DNA of 48,408 nt from Bdellovibrionota bacterium (lineage in GTDB: Bacteria > Bdellovibrionota > UBA1018 > UBA923). The stretch lies in assembly GCA_040754655.1 (NCBI GenBank), contig JBFMCE010000013.1, positions 1 through 48,408 on the forward strand, written 5' to 3'. Position 1 is the first letter of the stretch; each line of letters starts with the position of its first letter. The notes under the pieces are model-generated. The model did no database searches, had not been told where the DNA came from, and saw only the letters and a list, made by a program, of their open reading frames with translations. Positions 38,177 through 47,814 of this stretch are shown piece by piece. Made by a program: the position numbers and the translations under genes.

Positions 38177-39835
38177 ATGGACGCCATTGAAGCCATCAGC
38201 ATTCTGCTTGTAGACGACCGGGAGGAGGGGCTGGTCGCCCTTGAGGCGGTGCTCGATTCGCCTTCCTACAATCTCGTCAAAGCAAGTTCAGGGCAGGAAG
38301 CCTTGAAACACCTGCTCGAGCAAGATTTTGCGCTGATCTTGATGGATGTCCAGATGCCCGAGATGGACGGGTTCCAGACGGCTGAAATCATCAAGAAGAG
38401 GCCAAAGTCCAAAGACATTCCGATCATCTTCATCACAGCCATCAATAAAGATGAGCAGTACGTCTTGTCGGGCTATAAGTCGGGGGCTGTTGATTACCTC
38501 TTCAAGCCCTTCGATCCTTCAGTGCTCAAATCAAAGGTCGCTGTCTTTGTTGAACTCTACAAACAAAACAAAGAGCTCAAGCGTCAGGCGGAGGTCATCC
38601 GCGAAAGCGAACGCGTCAACCGTGAAAGGGCTCTTGCTCAACTTGAAATCGAAAACCTGCGTCGATACCAGAGTCTTGCGGATGCGATCCCACACGCCGT
38701 GTGGCGCTCAAAAGCGGACGGAACTTTGGATTATTTCAATAAAGTCTGGTGCACCTACACCGGCCTTACATTTGAGCAAAGTCTTGGCAATGGCTGGCAA
38801 TACGCCCTGCATCCCTATTGCCTCAAGAAAGTGCTCGAACATTGGAACAAGGCCATGCAGGATGGGCTTGATTTTGAAGTAATTTGCCAAATTCGCAGGG
38901 CGAAAGATCAAAACTACCGGTGGAATATCTTCAGAGCGGTGGCTGAACGACGCAACAGCGGGCAGATCGCCGCCTGGATCGGGACCTTCACAGACATCCA
39001 TGATCAAAAACTGGCCGAAGAGACTTTGAACCAGAACCGCATCGCACTTCAACAAGCCGTAGAAGCGCGAGATGAGTTTCTTTCGATCGCCTCTCACGAA
39101 CTCAAGACCCCGTTGACTTCGCTCAAACTTCAACTGCAACTCTTGCACCGCAAGGCCCGCTCGAACTCGCAAGAAGCGCTTTCTAACCCTGCGGTTGCGC
39201 AGAAGCTCGAGGCCATCGACAAGCAAGTTCTGCGGCTAACCGCGCTGATCGAAAGCCTTCTTGATGTCGCGCGCATCCAGAACCAAAAACTGCAGTTTGA
39301 CTTCGAACTCGTCGACCTCTCGGCCCTCGTCAGCGATGTATCGGCTCGTTTCCTCGATGAGATCAAATCAACGGGAAGCATTCTCAGGGTTGAGGTGCCG
39401 GACTCAGCTACTGGTGTTTGGGACAAACTTCGGCTTGAGCAGGTGCTCTCGAACCTGCTTTCAAACGCGGTGAAGTACGGCGGAAACGGACCCATCGACG
39501 TGAAACTCACGGTGGATGAGCACAATGCCACCCTGATCGTCGCTGATCGGGGCATCGGGATTTCTGAAGAAAACAAGTCACGGATCTTTCAGCGCTTCGA
39601 ACGTCTACGATCAGCGACAAACGTAGGCGGGCTGGGACTTGGTTTGTACATTGTGCACCAGATCGTCGAAGGTCATAACGGGATCATTCAGGTCGAGAGC
39701 GAGCTTGACCGAGGATCGACCTTCATCATCACCCTTCCGCGAAGGCTGGATCGGCTTTCTGAAAGAGCCCCAGCTCATCCACAACCAGAAACCTCTAGTG
39801 GGCCCTCAGCTAGAAGCGCTCTGGTAGCGTCTTAA
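38177..39835 (+). CDS. Hybrid kinase REC-PAS-HisKA-HATPase
   Basis: ILLVDD..LMDVQMP..DYLFKP; PAS (YFNKVW..YTG..GW..ALHP, GTFTDIH); SHELKTPL; NLLSNAVKY; GLGLGL. Confidence 0.94.
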   Translation: MDAIEAISILLVDDREEGLVALEAVLDSPSYNLVKASSGQEALKHLLEQDFALILMDVQMPEMDGFQTAEIIKKRPKSKDIPIIFITAINKDEQYVLSGYKSGAVDYLFKPFDPSVLKSKVAVFVELYKQNKELKRQAEVIRESERVNRERALAQLEIENLRRYQSLADAIPHAVWRSKADGTLDYFNKVWCTYTGLTFEQSLGNGWQYALHPYCLKKVLEHWNKAMQDGLDFEVICQIRRAKDQNYRWNIFRAVAERRNSGQIAAWIGTFTDIHDQKLAEETLNQNRIALQQAVEARDEFLSIASHELKTPLTSLKLQLQLLHRKARSNSQEALSNPAVAQKLEAIDKQVLRLTALIESLLDVARIQNQKLQFDFELVDLSALVSDVSARFLDEIKSTGSILRVEVPDSATGVWDKLRLEQVLSNLLSNAVKYGGNGPIDVKLTVDEHNATLIVADRGIGISEENKSRIFQRFERLRSATNVGGLGLGLYIVHQIVEGHNGIIQVESELDRGSTFIITLPRRLDRLSERAPAHPQPETSSGPSARSALVAS

Positions 39836-40591
39836 CCCCTTATTCCACAGAGCCCGATTCAGGATGAAAAAGAAAGCGCAGACCGCGGCCAGATGCAGAT
39901 ATTCCATCGGCTCCAATCCCTTCAGAAGCGCGCGAGACGGAACGCTGCTGATAAAGGCAAACGGCAGCGCGCTCAAAATGAGGTAACGGATCGCTTTGGG
40001 ATAGATCGTGTCTGGTTTAGTCGCGAATGCAAAAAACTGATAGTACAAATGCGAAATCGAATAACTGCGCTCGGTCCAAAAAATCCAGACTGCAAACGAA
40101 AAGCGCAAGAGAAGCTGGCTGATGAGTCCGAAGAACAACCACCCAATGACCAGAAGCCAGTGAAGCCCGCCCTTGAAACCAGCCTCATCCGCGTAACGCA
40201 CGGCGATCGCCAGCCCCAAGGCCACATTGAAAATCGCCGTCAGATTGATCCAACGCGAAAGAGCAAGGAACAACGGACTCATTGGTTTGGTGAGCAAAAT
40301 ATCGAGTTCGCCTCGGTTGACGAGATCCGAAAAATTCCAAAAGTTCCTCTGAAAAAAAGTCGTGAACAGCGCATCGGAAGCGAAGAAGATTCCCAGGAAA
40401 AAATAGACCTGCTCCCGGGTCCATCCCGCTAGGACCGTGGTATTGGCATAAATGACCGAAAAAAGCGCAAGCTCTACTCCGATCCAAATCACGTCAACCG
40501 CCATCGCGGTGAGGAAGTTCGTGCGATAGACCGCTTCACGCACCCAATTGTTCTTGAGCTGGACGGAATAAACCCTCAGATACTTTAGCAT
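39806..40591 (-). CDS. ABC-2 family permease (DUF990-like)
   Basis: YRTNF, GELDILLTKP, P..IYP, GLRRYQSASS. Confidence 0.88.
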   Translation of the reverse strand: MLKYLRVYSVQLKNNWVREAVYRTNFLTAMAVDVIWIGVELALFSVIYANTTVLAGWTREQVYFFLGIFFASDALFTTFFQRNFWNFSDLVNRGELDILLTKPMSPLFLALSRWINLTAIFNVALGLAIAVRYADEAGFKGGLHWLLVIGWLFFGLISQLLLRFSFAVWIFWTERSYSISHLYYQFFAFATKPDTIYPKAIRYLILSALPFAFISSVPSRALLKGLEPMEYLHLAAVCAFFFILNRALWNKGLRRYQSASS

Positions 40592-40651
40592 GCGAACTCC
40601 TGTAGATTTAAGAGAAGCAAGTCTGACGAAGTATTAAGTCAAACATGCCAC

Positions 40652-41458
40652 TTAACCACCGAGGCTTAGGTAGCGCCGGATGCCAAGCCCCCATGTCAAC
40701 CTGATGGCGGCCCATCCGAGGATGAGCCACAAAAATCCAAATCCCATGTGGTACAAGTATTCATTCACGCCCCAGCGCCCTAGGGCGACCTCGACCGGGC
40801 CAAACACATAGAGGTAAAATGGCATCGACTTCCACGCCCAAGACCACGACTCAGGAAAAAAAGTCAGCGGCAGAAGCTCTCCTGAGAGCAAGCTCACCAA
40901 AATATTCTTCACCATCAAGACGCTATAGGCTTCCTCCCAGAGAAAGGCTGTTGTCGCGAGCGCTGCGCCAAGTTGATAGTGGATGAGATTTCCAAGAAGC
41001 GCCATCGACATCGCCGCGATCATATGAGGCGCCGAAAGCCCCACTACCGCCCCGACGGCCAGCCCAAAAACCAGGCAAATCCCTGAAATCAGGAGTTTCG
41101 GAGCGATTCCCCTGAAATAGACGAATTCAATCACACTCACCGGCCGCAATAGATAGTTGCTCAGCGATCCATTCCTGATCATCTCTTGCAGTTCGAAGTC
41201 TTGATTGCCGCCTCTGATCTGAGTGAACAAGAGGCTCACGAGCGTGTACTGCACCAATTCTTGGTAATTCATGCCGGCGACTTCGGTGGCGCCGCCGACC
41301 TTGAACAGCGCGTACCAAAGCACTGCTTGGATCGCCGCGGGCACGAAAGCAGATCCCAAGACCTCGATCAAGAACTCCCACCGATAAGCCGTGGCGTCTC
41401 GAAATCCATTCTTAAGAGCAGCAACCCTCCACGACATGTGCGCGCGCTTTTTTTTCAT
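40652..41458 (-). CDS. ABC-2 family permease (DUF990-like)
   Basis: AYRWEF, IRNGSLSNYLLRP, SGELLPL.FFP, RRYLSLGG. Confidence 0.88.
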   Translation of the reverse strand: MKKKRAHMSWRVAALKNGFRDATAYRWEFLIEVLGSAFVPAAIQAVLWYALFKVGGATEVAGMNYQELVQYTLVSLLFTQIRGGNQDFELQEMIRNGSLSNYLLRPVSVIEFVYFRGIAPKLLISGICLVFGLAVGAVVGLSAPHMIAAMSMALLGNLIHYQLGAALATTAFLWEEAYSVLMVKNILVSLLSGELLPLTFFPESWSWAWKSMPFYLYVFGPVEVALGRWGVNEYLYHMGFGFLWLILGWAAIRLTWGLGIRRYLSLGG

Positions 41459-42483
41459 GCTTCGCCGTATAACCTTTGAATCACGCTCTCAAGACTCGGT
41501 TCCTCAATGCCCATATTGACGATCTGGTACTGCTTCATCAATTCCGCCAGCAATGACACGATCTGGCTTTGCTTGACCGTGAAGTACACCGAAAGCCCTT
41601 CGCCCCCTGCAGAGTCAGTGTCGCCATTTGCCTTTACTTCAATCACCTTGGGATCAAGTTTCGTCACTTGCGCAAGTTTTTCAGGAGGGGGAGTCTCGAG
41701 CAATTGAACCCTAAGCCTGCACTCTCCTTCGCGGGTCAGCCCACCGGGCGCGCCATCGTAAACAAGTTCGCCTGACTTCAAGATCAAGACCCGAGAGCAC
41801 AGGCGCTCGATGTCTTCCATATTGTGACTCGTCAGAATCACGGTCGCTTTTTCTTTCTCATTGAAGAGCTTCAAAAACTCGCGAAGTTTGTAGGCGGCCA
41901 GCACATCGAGGCCAATCGTGGGCTCATCCAAGTAAATGATCTGCGGCCAATGCAAAAGGGCGCCAATCAATTCCATTTTCATGCGCTCGCCCAAGGAAAG
42001 CCTTCTGATCTGGGTGCCCAGGTGTTTTTTCACATCCAAGAGTTCTGAGAGCGCGTGCAATCTTTCTTTATAGAGGGCATCGGGGATCTGGTAGATGGCT
42101 CTCAATAAATCAAACGCATCGGTTGCCGGCAAATCCCACCAGAGCTGCGCTTTCTGCCCCATCACAAGCGCGATCTTCTGGCGGAACCCCAGCGTGCGCT
42201 GGAACGGATCCTGACCTAAGACACGCGCTTGTCCTGAAGTCGCGGGAATCAGGCCAGATAAGATCTTGAGCAACGTTGTTTTTCCTGCGCCGTTTGCGCC
42301 GATGAGTCCAATGAACGAACCAGATTCGATTGAAAACGAAATTCCCTTGAGCGCTTCATGGGTCTTATGTCGGGGTGCGATCAAGAGTTTAAGAGCCTCT
42401 TTAAAGCCCTCGCCTTTCTGCGGCGAACGAAAAGAGCGACGAATATTTTTGACTTCGATGATGGGTTCTTGTGTTAGATTCAT
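41455..42483 (-). CDS. ABC transporter ATP-binding protein
   Basis: GANGAGKTT, LSLGERMK, YLDEPTIGLD, LTSH. Confidence 0.95.
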   Translation of the reverse strand: MNLTQEPIIEVKNIRRSFRSPQKGEGFKEALKLLIAPRHKTHEALKGISFSIESGSFIGLIGANGAGKTTLLKILSGLIPATSGQARVLGQDPFQRTLGFRQKIALVMGQKAQLWWDLPATDAFDLLRAIYQIPDALYKERLHALSELLDVKKHLGTQIRRLSLGERMKMELIGALLHWPQIIYLDEPTIGLDVLAAYKLREFLKLFNEKEKATVILTSHNMEDIERLCSRVLILKSGELVYDGAPGGLTREGECRLRVQLLETPPPEKLAQVTKLDPKVIEVKANGDTDSAGGEGLSVYFTVKQSQIVSLLAELMKQYQIVNMGIEEPSLESVIQRLYGEA

Positions 42484-42526
42484 CTTGAGCTTCCAATTTG
42501 CTACATAACCCAAAAGGTTTCAAACC

Positions 42527-43285
42527 ATGTTCAGACTTCAAGCGATGCGCTTTCTTAGAAGCTGCCTTGTGATTCTCAGTTTGACCACGGCAATTGCAAT
42601 TCCCTGCTCCGCGGCAAAACCCAAATTTCCTCCTGACACGCAGCGCCTCGTAAAGAATCCGGGCCATATCCGTCGCGCTCTCGCGCCAGATTACTGGGCG
42701 CTAAGCCCTTATTACGAGGGCCAAGACAGCGTTGCGGGCGCTTCAGTGGCGACGACATCGATGGTGCTCAATGCGATTCGCGCGAACCGCGACCTGCGCT
42801 CTGACGATGAACTCGTCACTCAGCGAGGTTTGCTTGCAAGGGTCAAAAGCCCTGCCTGGCATATCGCCGTCAGCGCGGGCCGCAACGAAGTGCCGCTTGA
42901 ACTCATGAAACCAGTTTTAGAGGAAGCGCTTCGGGCTTATGCGATTCAAGGTTACACGATCGAACTCTTTCAGCCGGAAGAAAACTTAGAGAAGTTCAAG
43001 CAAGCCTTTCATCGCGCTTTGGTTGAAAATGAAAAATCAGCCGATGACTTTTTGATCGTGAGTTTCATTCAGGGTATCCTTACGGGATCTGAGCATGTCG
43101 GGCAGATCGCTCCGATCGCGGCCTTTGATGCGCAGAAAAAGAGAGTTTTGATCTTTGACCCCGACCGGCAATGGTACGAGCCTTACTGGGCCCTAGAAGC
43201 GCAGCTCGTGCAAGCGATGGTTCAAAAGCCTGCGGATCCGAATTCGAAAACGCGTGGTTTCATTTGGTTGAGGAAGAAAAAATGA
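42527..43285 (+). CDS. Phytochelatin-synthase-like (papain-fold) secreted protein, catalytic Cys/His apparently substituted
   Basis: DYWALSPYY..Q.....ASVA..SMVLNA; GQIAPIAAFD; VLIFDPDR.WYEPYW; RGFIW; signal peptide. Confidence 0.8.
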   Translation: MFRLQAMRFLRSCLVILSLTTAIAIPCSAAKPKFPPDTQRLVKNPGHIRRALAPDYWALSPYYEGQDSVAGASVATTSMVLNAIRANRDLRSDDELVTQRGLLARVKSPAWHIAVSAGRNEVPLELMKPVLEEALRAYAIQGYTIELFQPEENLEKFKQAFHRALVENEKSADDFLIVSFIQGILTGSEHVGQIAPIAAFDAQKKRVLIFDPDRQWYEPYWALEAQLVQAMVQKPADPNSKTRGFIWLRKKK

Positions 43286-44079
43286 CGGAACTCATCGGCC
43301 TTTGGTATTCGCCTTACACCGAGAAAGCCCGCTGGGCTTTGGACTTCCATCAAATCCCTTATGAGTACACCGAGCATCTGATTCTTTTCGGGATGCCCGC
43401 GCTGAGATTGAAAACCAGAAAGCTCAGTGGGGACTTGACTGTGCCCGTTCTCATCGACGATGAGCATGTTTTCTTCGACTCGTTTGATATCGCGAGGTGG
43501 GCTGATCAAAAATCTGGCGACCCCACTCTCTTTCCAGCAGGCCGGACCGGAGAGCTCTTGCGCTACAACGCACTGAGCGAAACGGCTCTTGATGCGGGCA
43601 GAGCACTGCTCTTGCATCAGATCAAACAGAATCCCCAAGCGCAGGTTGAAAACCTGCCGGGCTTCGTGCCAAAACCCTTGCGCAATTCTTTTCGTGCCAT
43701 GGCGCAAGTTGGGCTCTCCTACCTCAAAAAAGAGTTCAGGGTCGACTATACAAATCTTGAACTCTACGAACTTCGCATCTGTGACGTGCTTTCTGTTTTA
43801 AGAGAGCGGCTCGCCAAAAGTGAAACAGGATACTTGTTGGGAGATTTTTCTTACGCCGACATCGTGATGGCGGTCACACTGCAGTTCGTAAAACCGATTG
43901 AAAGCCCTCATATTCCGCTTGAACCTGCAACTCGTGAGTGCTGGACAGTCGCAGAAATCGCATCAGAATTTCATGATCTCTTAACGTGGCGCGATAAAAT
44001 CTACCAAAAACACCGCTTCCCTTCAGGTCAAAAGTTGACAAAAAAACTAGGCTCTCCAAATTCAAAAAGTTTTTCTTGA
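43282..44079 (+). CDS. Glutathione S-transferase family protein
   Basis: YSPYTEKARWALD, TVPVL, DSFDIA, YLLGDFSYADI; ATGA overlap with the upstream gene. Confidence 0.88.
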   Translation: MTELIGLWYSPYTEKARWALDFHQIPYEYTEHLILFGMPALRLKTRKLSGDLTVPVLIDDEHVFFDSFDIARWADQKSGDPTLFPAGRTGELLRYNALSETALDAGRALLLHQIKQNPQAQVENLPGFVPKPLRNSFRAMAQVGLSYLKKEFRVDYTNLELYELRICDVLSVLRERLAKSETGYLLGDFSYADIVMAVTLQFVKPIESPHIPLEPATRECWTVAEIASEFHDLLTWRDKIYQKHRFPSGQKLTKKLGSPNSKSFS

Positions 44080-44172
44080 AATCCGCACCCAGAGCAAGCT
44101 TTGAGTTTGACATCGTGCACTGTCATGAATAGTCACGCTTTAGTTCGATTCACTAAGGGAGGATTTTTACGC

Positions 44173-44694
44173 ATGAGACCATTCAAATTATTTTTAACTT
44201 CGGCACTCGCTTTGGGAATGAGTTTGTCTGCGGTTGCAGGCACGCTTCATTTGGAACCCGGCGACAACCGTGTTCAACTTCGTGACTGCGGCGGAACCGT
44301 GAGTGTGACTGTTTCTGATCAAGGCCGTGGAGAACAAGTCAACATCGTTTTCAAAGGTGTCGAGAACTGCTCGAACTTCGACATTGTTTCAAACTATGGC
44401 GACCCTGAACCTCGCAAAGCCTATAAACTTCAAGGTCGTAAAAACGGAAACCAACTTGAACCTCCGTTTCACGCAAGCTTTACGATCCCAAAAAGAGCGA
44501 TTGAAGACGGCTCAAATCGTTTCAAGATGGTGCTCTACTCGAATAAAAACGGACGTGACCGCAACCGTGGCCACCACGATGACCTCGTAGTGCGCTTCCA
44601 AGCTGATGTTCGTGAAGACCGTTCAGGACGTAGCAGCGGACCTGTGCGCATTGATCCGCCGGCTCCGCCTGTTGTGGTAGATGCTGACTATTAA
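44173..44694 (+). CDS. Hypothetical secreted beta-rich protein
   Basis: AAGGGAGGA RBS, signal peptide (…LSAVA), Cys pair. Confidence 0.7.
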   Translation: MRPFKLFLTSALALGMSLSAVAGTLHLEPGDNRVQLRDCGGTVSVTVSDQGRGEQVNIVFKGVENCSNFDIVSNYGDPEPRKAYKLQGRKNGNQLEPPFHASFTIPKRAIEDGSNRFKMVLYSNKNGRDRNRGHHDDLVVRFQADVREDRSGRSSGPVRIDPPAPPVVVDADY

Positions 44695-44710
44695 TTGATC
44701 TTCTATGATG

Positions 44711-44752
44711 ACGAAGGCTCGTGTCTTGGTTGACGCGAGCCTTTGTTCTTTA
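44711..44752 (+). terminator. Intrinsic terminator
   Basis: ACGAAGGCTCGTGTC-ttggtt-GACGCGAGCCTTTGT followed by TCTTTATCTTT. Confidence 0.7.
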
Positions 44753-44766
44753 TCTTTCCTGAGAAA

Positions 44767-45888
44767 ATGCGGCTATCTTTTTTCGTTCTATCTTTTCTTC
44801 TCTGCCTACGAGCTTTCGCAGTTGAAACTCCAGAAGTGGTTCAGTTTCGAAATCGAGTCTTGTACCTTCGCGTCCACCAACTTCTTGAACAAAGGTATTT
44901 GGCGCTTGAGGATTGTGCTAGCCGCACAGGCTCGCCTGAAATCTCTACTGCCGCTGAAGGTGTTGGCCTGGGCTTGATCCCTCTAGCTTCGCCCACGGAA
45001 GAGCAGGTCATCGAGCTTTTGCGCGTTTATCAACAAACTGAGCACCTGAGACCTGCGTGCAATCGCGAAATCGGGGCTTTTGACCAGGCCTTGCATAGCC
45101 TTGAACGCAAGGAATTCGCTCGCGCGATGAAACTGCAATTTGTAAAACAACTCGATCCGCACTGCTTTCTTCGGGTTGAAAAGAACACCCGGGGCGTCGT
45201 TGACTCCAATCCTTGTTTCGCGGCGGTAGGAATGATCAATTCCGTATTGTGGGAAGAATCGCGGTCAGGTGAGATGGCATATTCAATTGACCGCTTCCTG
45301 GGCCGACTCCATCAAGAAATTGAACAAGCCGGTGAAACGGCTTCCATCGACCTTTGGAGCATTTTCCTGAACAACGACTTGAGCTCAGAGGATTTTTTTG
45401 AATACCGCAGGGCCTTCTTGGCAGCGCTGGGCATGCTCACGATGGGAGCGAGCTCAAATGCCGGAGTGACCGATGGTTTCGGTGATTTTGCCTGGCAAAG
45501 TGCATTGGCTCGGAAAAAATCACCTCTCGAGGCATTCGAGGCATACACCACTCTGAAAAAACGACGAGACCTGTTTCGAGATTTGTGGGCTTGGGCCCGT
45601 CTCAAGAAAGTCCGCATCGTAATTAATGGCACCGTCGATGTGACCGACACCAACCGCCATGACTTCATCGCCGCCTTTCTTTCATGCCATTACGGCGAGA
45701 CCAACGGAAAACTTGCGGCAAAGGCCCTAGTCAACGCCCTCGGCTATGCGTATGAGTCTTACGACTTGAAGTCGCACCTTGAAGATGGAATTGATTTCAA
45801 ACGGAGCCTCAAAAACTTCGGTCGCGACACCATGAGGTACAGCGATGGCGCTGAATGGGGTTACGCGTTCTGCCAGACATTTTACTAG
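44767..45888 (+). CDS. Hypothetical secreted protein
   Basis: Signal peptide MRLSFFVLSFLLCLRAFA; long ORF with several Cys. Confidence 0.65.
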   Translation: MRLSFFVLSFLLCLRAFAVETPEVVQFRNRVLYLRVHQLLEQRYLALEDCASRTGSPEISTAAEGVGLGLIPLASPTEEQVIELLRVYQQTEHLRPACNREIGAFDQALHSLERKEFARAMKLQFVKQLDPHCFLRVEKNTRGVVDSNPCFAAVGMINSVLWEESRSGEMAYSIDRFLGRLHQEIEQAGETASIDLWSIFLNNDLSSEDFFEYRRAFLAALGMLTMGASSNAGVTDGFGDFAWQSALARKKSPLEAFEAYTTLKKRRDLFRDLWAWARLKKVRIVINGTVDVTDTNRHDFIAAFLSCHYGETNGKLAAKALVNALGYAYESYDLKSHLEDGIDFKRSLKNFGRDTMRYSDGAEWGYAFCQTFY

Positions 45889-45927
45889 TTTTTAAATCGC
45901 AAGAGTTGATTTAGGATCTAGACTATC

Positions 45928-47814
45928 ATGTCTACCGCAATCATCGATACCAAAGGCAAAAACAAAGAAGAAATTGAAGCGCTTGAAGTGGCGGAGGAAG
46001 CTCGCGAAGCGGAATGGAAAGAACCCAGCTTCGTGGCTGACCTGTTCATGGGAAAACTGCGCACAAGCTCGATCTTGCCTTATCCGGAACAAAGCGAAGA
46101 AGACCGAAAAATTGGTGACGCTTACCTCGAAAAAATGCACGCCTTCTTGCGTGAAAAAGTGGATGCCGATGAAATCGACCGCACAGGTGAGATCCCTCCT
46201 GATGTCATGCAAGGTTTGGCTGAGCTTGGCGCCTTTGGGATGAAGATCCCAAAAGAATACGGCGGCCTTGGCCTCTCGCAAGTCAATTACAATAGGGTGC
46301 TGGCGCTCACCTGCAGCCACTGCGCTTCGACTACTGCACTGCTCTCAGCGCATCAGAGCATCGGAGTGCCTCAACCACTGAGGCTTTTTGGCACCGAAGA
46401 ACAAAAGAAAAAATACCTGCCAAGGCTTGCCAAAGGGGCCGTGAGCGCGTTTGCCCTTACCGAACCTGAAGTGGGCTCAGACCCTGCGCGCATGTCGACC
46501 ACTGCCACACCGAGCGCTGATGGCTCTTATTACACCTTGAACGGCACAAAACTCTGGTGCACCAACGGCGCAATCGCAGACATCCTTGTGGTGATGGCGC
46601 AAACACCCGCCATTTTAAAAGACGGAAAAGAGAAAAAGCAGATCACGGCCTTCATCGTAGAAAAGAGCATGCCCGGCCTGGAAGTCCTTCACCGTTGCCG
46701 CTTTATGGGACTCAGCGGCATTCAAAATGCGCTCCTGCGTTTTGATAATGTAAAGGTTCCGACGGAAAATATCATTTGGGGCCCGGGAAAAGGTTTAAGG
46801 CTTGCGCTGATCACGCTCAATGCCGGTAGACTCAGCCTTCCAGCCAGTTGCATTGGTGGTGCTCGTCAGGCTCTGAGAATCGCCAGGACCTGGGGCACGC
46901 AACGCAAACAATGGGGGGCCGCGGTGGGAGACCACGAAGCCATCACGAGCAAAATTGGTTCGTTAACAGCTCACCTCTTTGCGATGGAATCCATCACCTG
47001 GATGGCGGGCACTTGGGTTGACCGCAAAAGCCACGACGTACGCTTAGAGGCAGCGATGGCGAAAGTATTTTGCAGCGAACAAACCCATAAGATCATAGAA
47101 GATGTCGTGCAAATTCGTGGTGGTCGAGGTTATGAGAAGGCCTCATCGCTCAAAGCGCGCGGCGAACTTCCATTCCCGGTAGAGCGCATGCTACGCGATT
47201 CCCGCATCAACATGATCGTGGAAGGGACAAGCGAGATCTTAAGGCTGTTCATCGCAAGAGAAGCATTAGACCGGCACTTGAAGATCGCGGGCAATGTGCT
47301 CAACCCAAGACTTGGCATTGGTCTCCGTTTGGCTGCAGCCGTAGGAGCCGGGGCTTTTTACGCTTGGTGGTACCCGGCGCAATGGTTGGGTTCGCTCTTG
47401 GGTTGGATCAACCCGCTGCAGTTTTCAGGTTTAGGCAAGTTGAGGTGCCACATGCGCTATGCCAAGCGCGCCTCGCACCGTCTTGCTCGCACCGTGTTTC
47501 ATTTGATGCTGCTCAATGGGCCGAAGCTCGAAAGACGCCAGATGCAACTTGTGCGCATCGTTGATATCGCGATGGATGTTTTCGCGATCGCAGCCACCGT
47601 GGCGCGGGCCCAAGCGCGAGTCAAGAGGCCTGACGAATCGCAAAATGTCGAGGACGTAGCCGACCTGTTTTGCAGGGAAGCCAGGGCCAGGATTTCGCAG
47701 AACTTCAAATTGATCGCATACAATCGTGACAAGCTTGCAAGACAAGTGAGCAAGCAGGTTCTTCAAGGCAAGCTCCAATGGATCGAGCGTGAAAGCTTCA
47801 CGCCTTCGCCTTGA
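45928..47814 (+). CDS. Acyl-CoA dehydrogenase (VLCAD/ACAD9-like)
   Basis: IPKEYGGLG, AHQSIG, AFALTEPEVGSD, LNGTKLWCTNG, QIRGGRGY, RDSRINMIVEGTSEI. Confidence 0.95.
   Translation: MSTAIIDTKGKNKEEIEALEVAEEAREAEWKEPSFVADLFMGKLRTSSILPYPEQSEEDRKIGDAYLEKMHAFLREKVDADEIDRTGEIPPDVMQGLAELGAFGMKIPKEYGGLGLSQVNYNRVLALTCSHCASTTALLSAHQSIGVPQPLRLFGTEEQKKKYLPRLAKGAVSAFALTEPEVGSDPARMSTTATPSADGSYYTLNGTKLWCTNGAIADILVVMAQTPAILKDGKEKKQITAFIVEKSMPGLEVLHRCRFMGLSGIQNALLRFDNVKVPTENIIWGPGKGLRLALITLNAGRLSLPASCIGGARQALRIARTWGTQRKQWGAAVGDHEAITSKIGSLTAHLFAMESITWMAGTWVDRKSHDVRLEAAMAKVFCSEQTHKIIEDVVQIRGGRGYEKASSLKARGELPFPVERMLRDSRINMIVEGTSEILRLFIAREALDRHLKIAGNVLNPRLGIGLRLAAAVGAGAFYAWWYPAQWLGSLLGWINPLQFSGLGKLRCHMRYAKRASHRLARTVFHLMLLNGPKLERRQMQLVRIVDIAMDVFAIAATVARAQARVKRPDESQNVEDVADLFCREARARISQNFKLIAYNRDKLARQVSKQVLQGKLQWIERESFTPSP

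Noticed and set aside
39806..42483. ABC-2 exporter as the dedicated exporter for the putative RiPP
   Set aside because: It is about 8.5 kb away, separated by unrelated kinases, and belongs to a widespread three-gene family. No sequence evidence links it.
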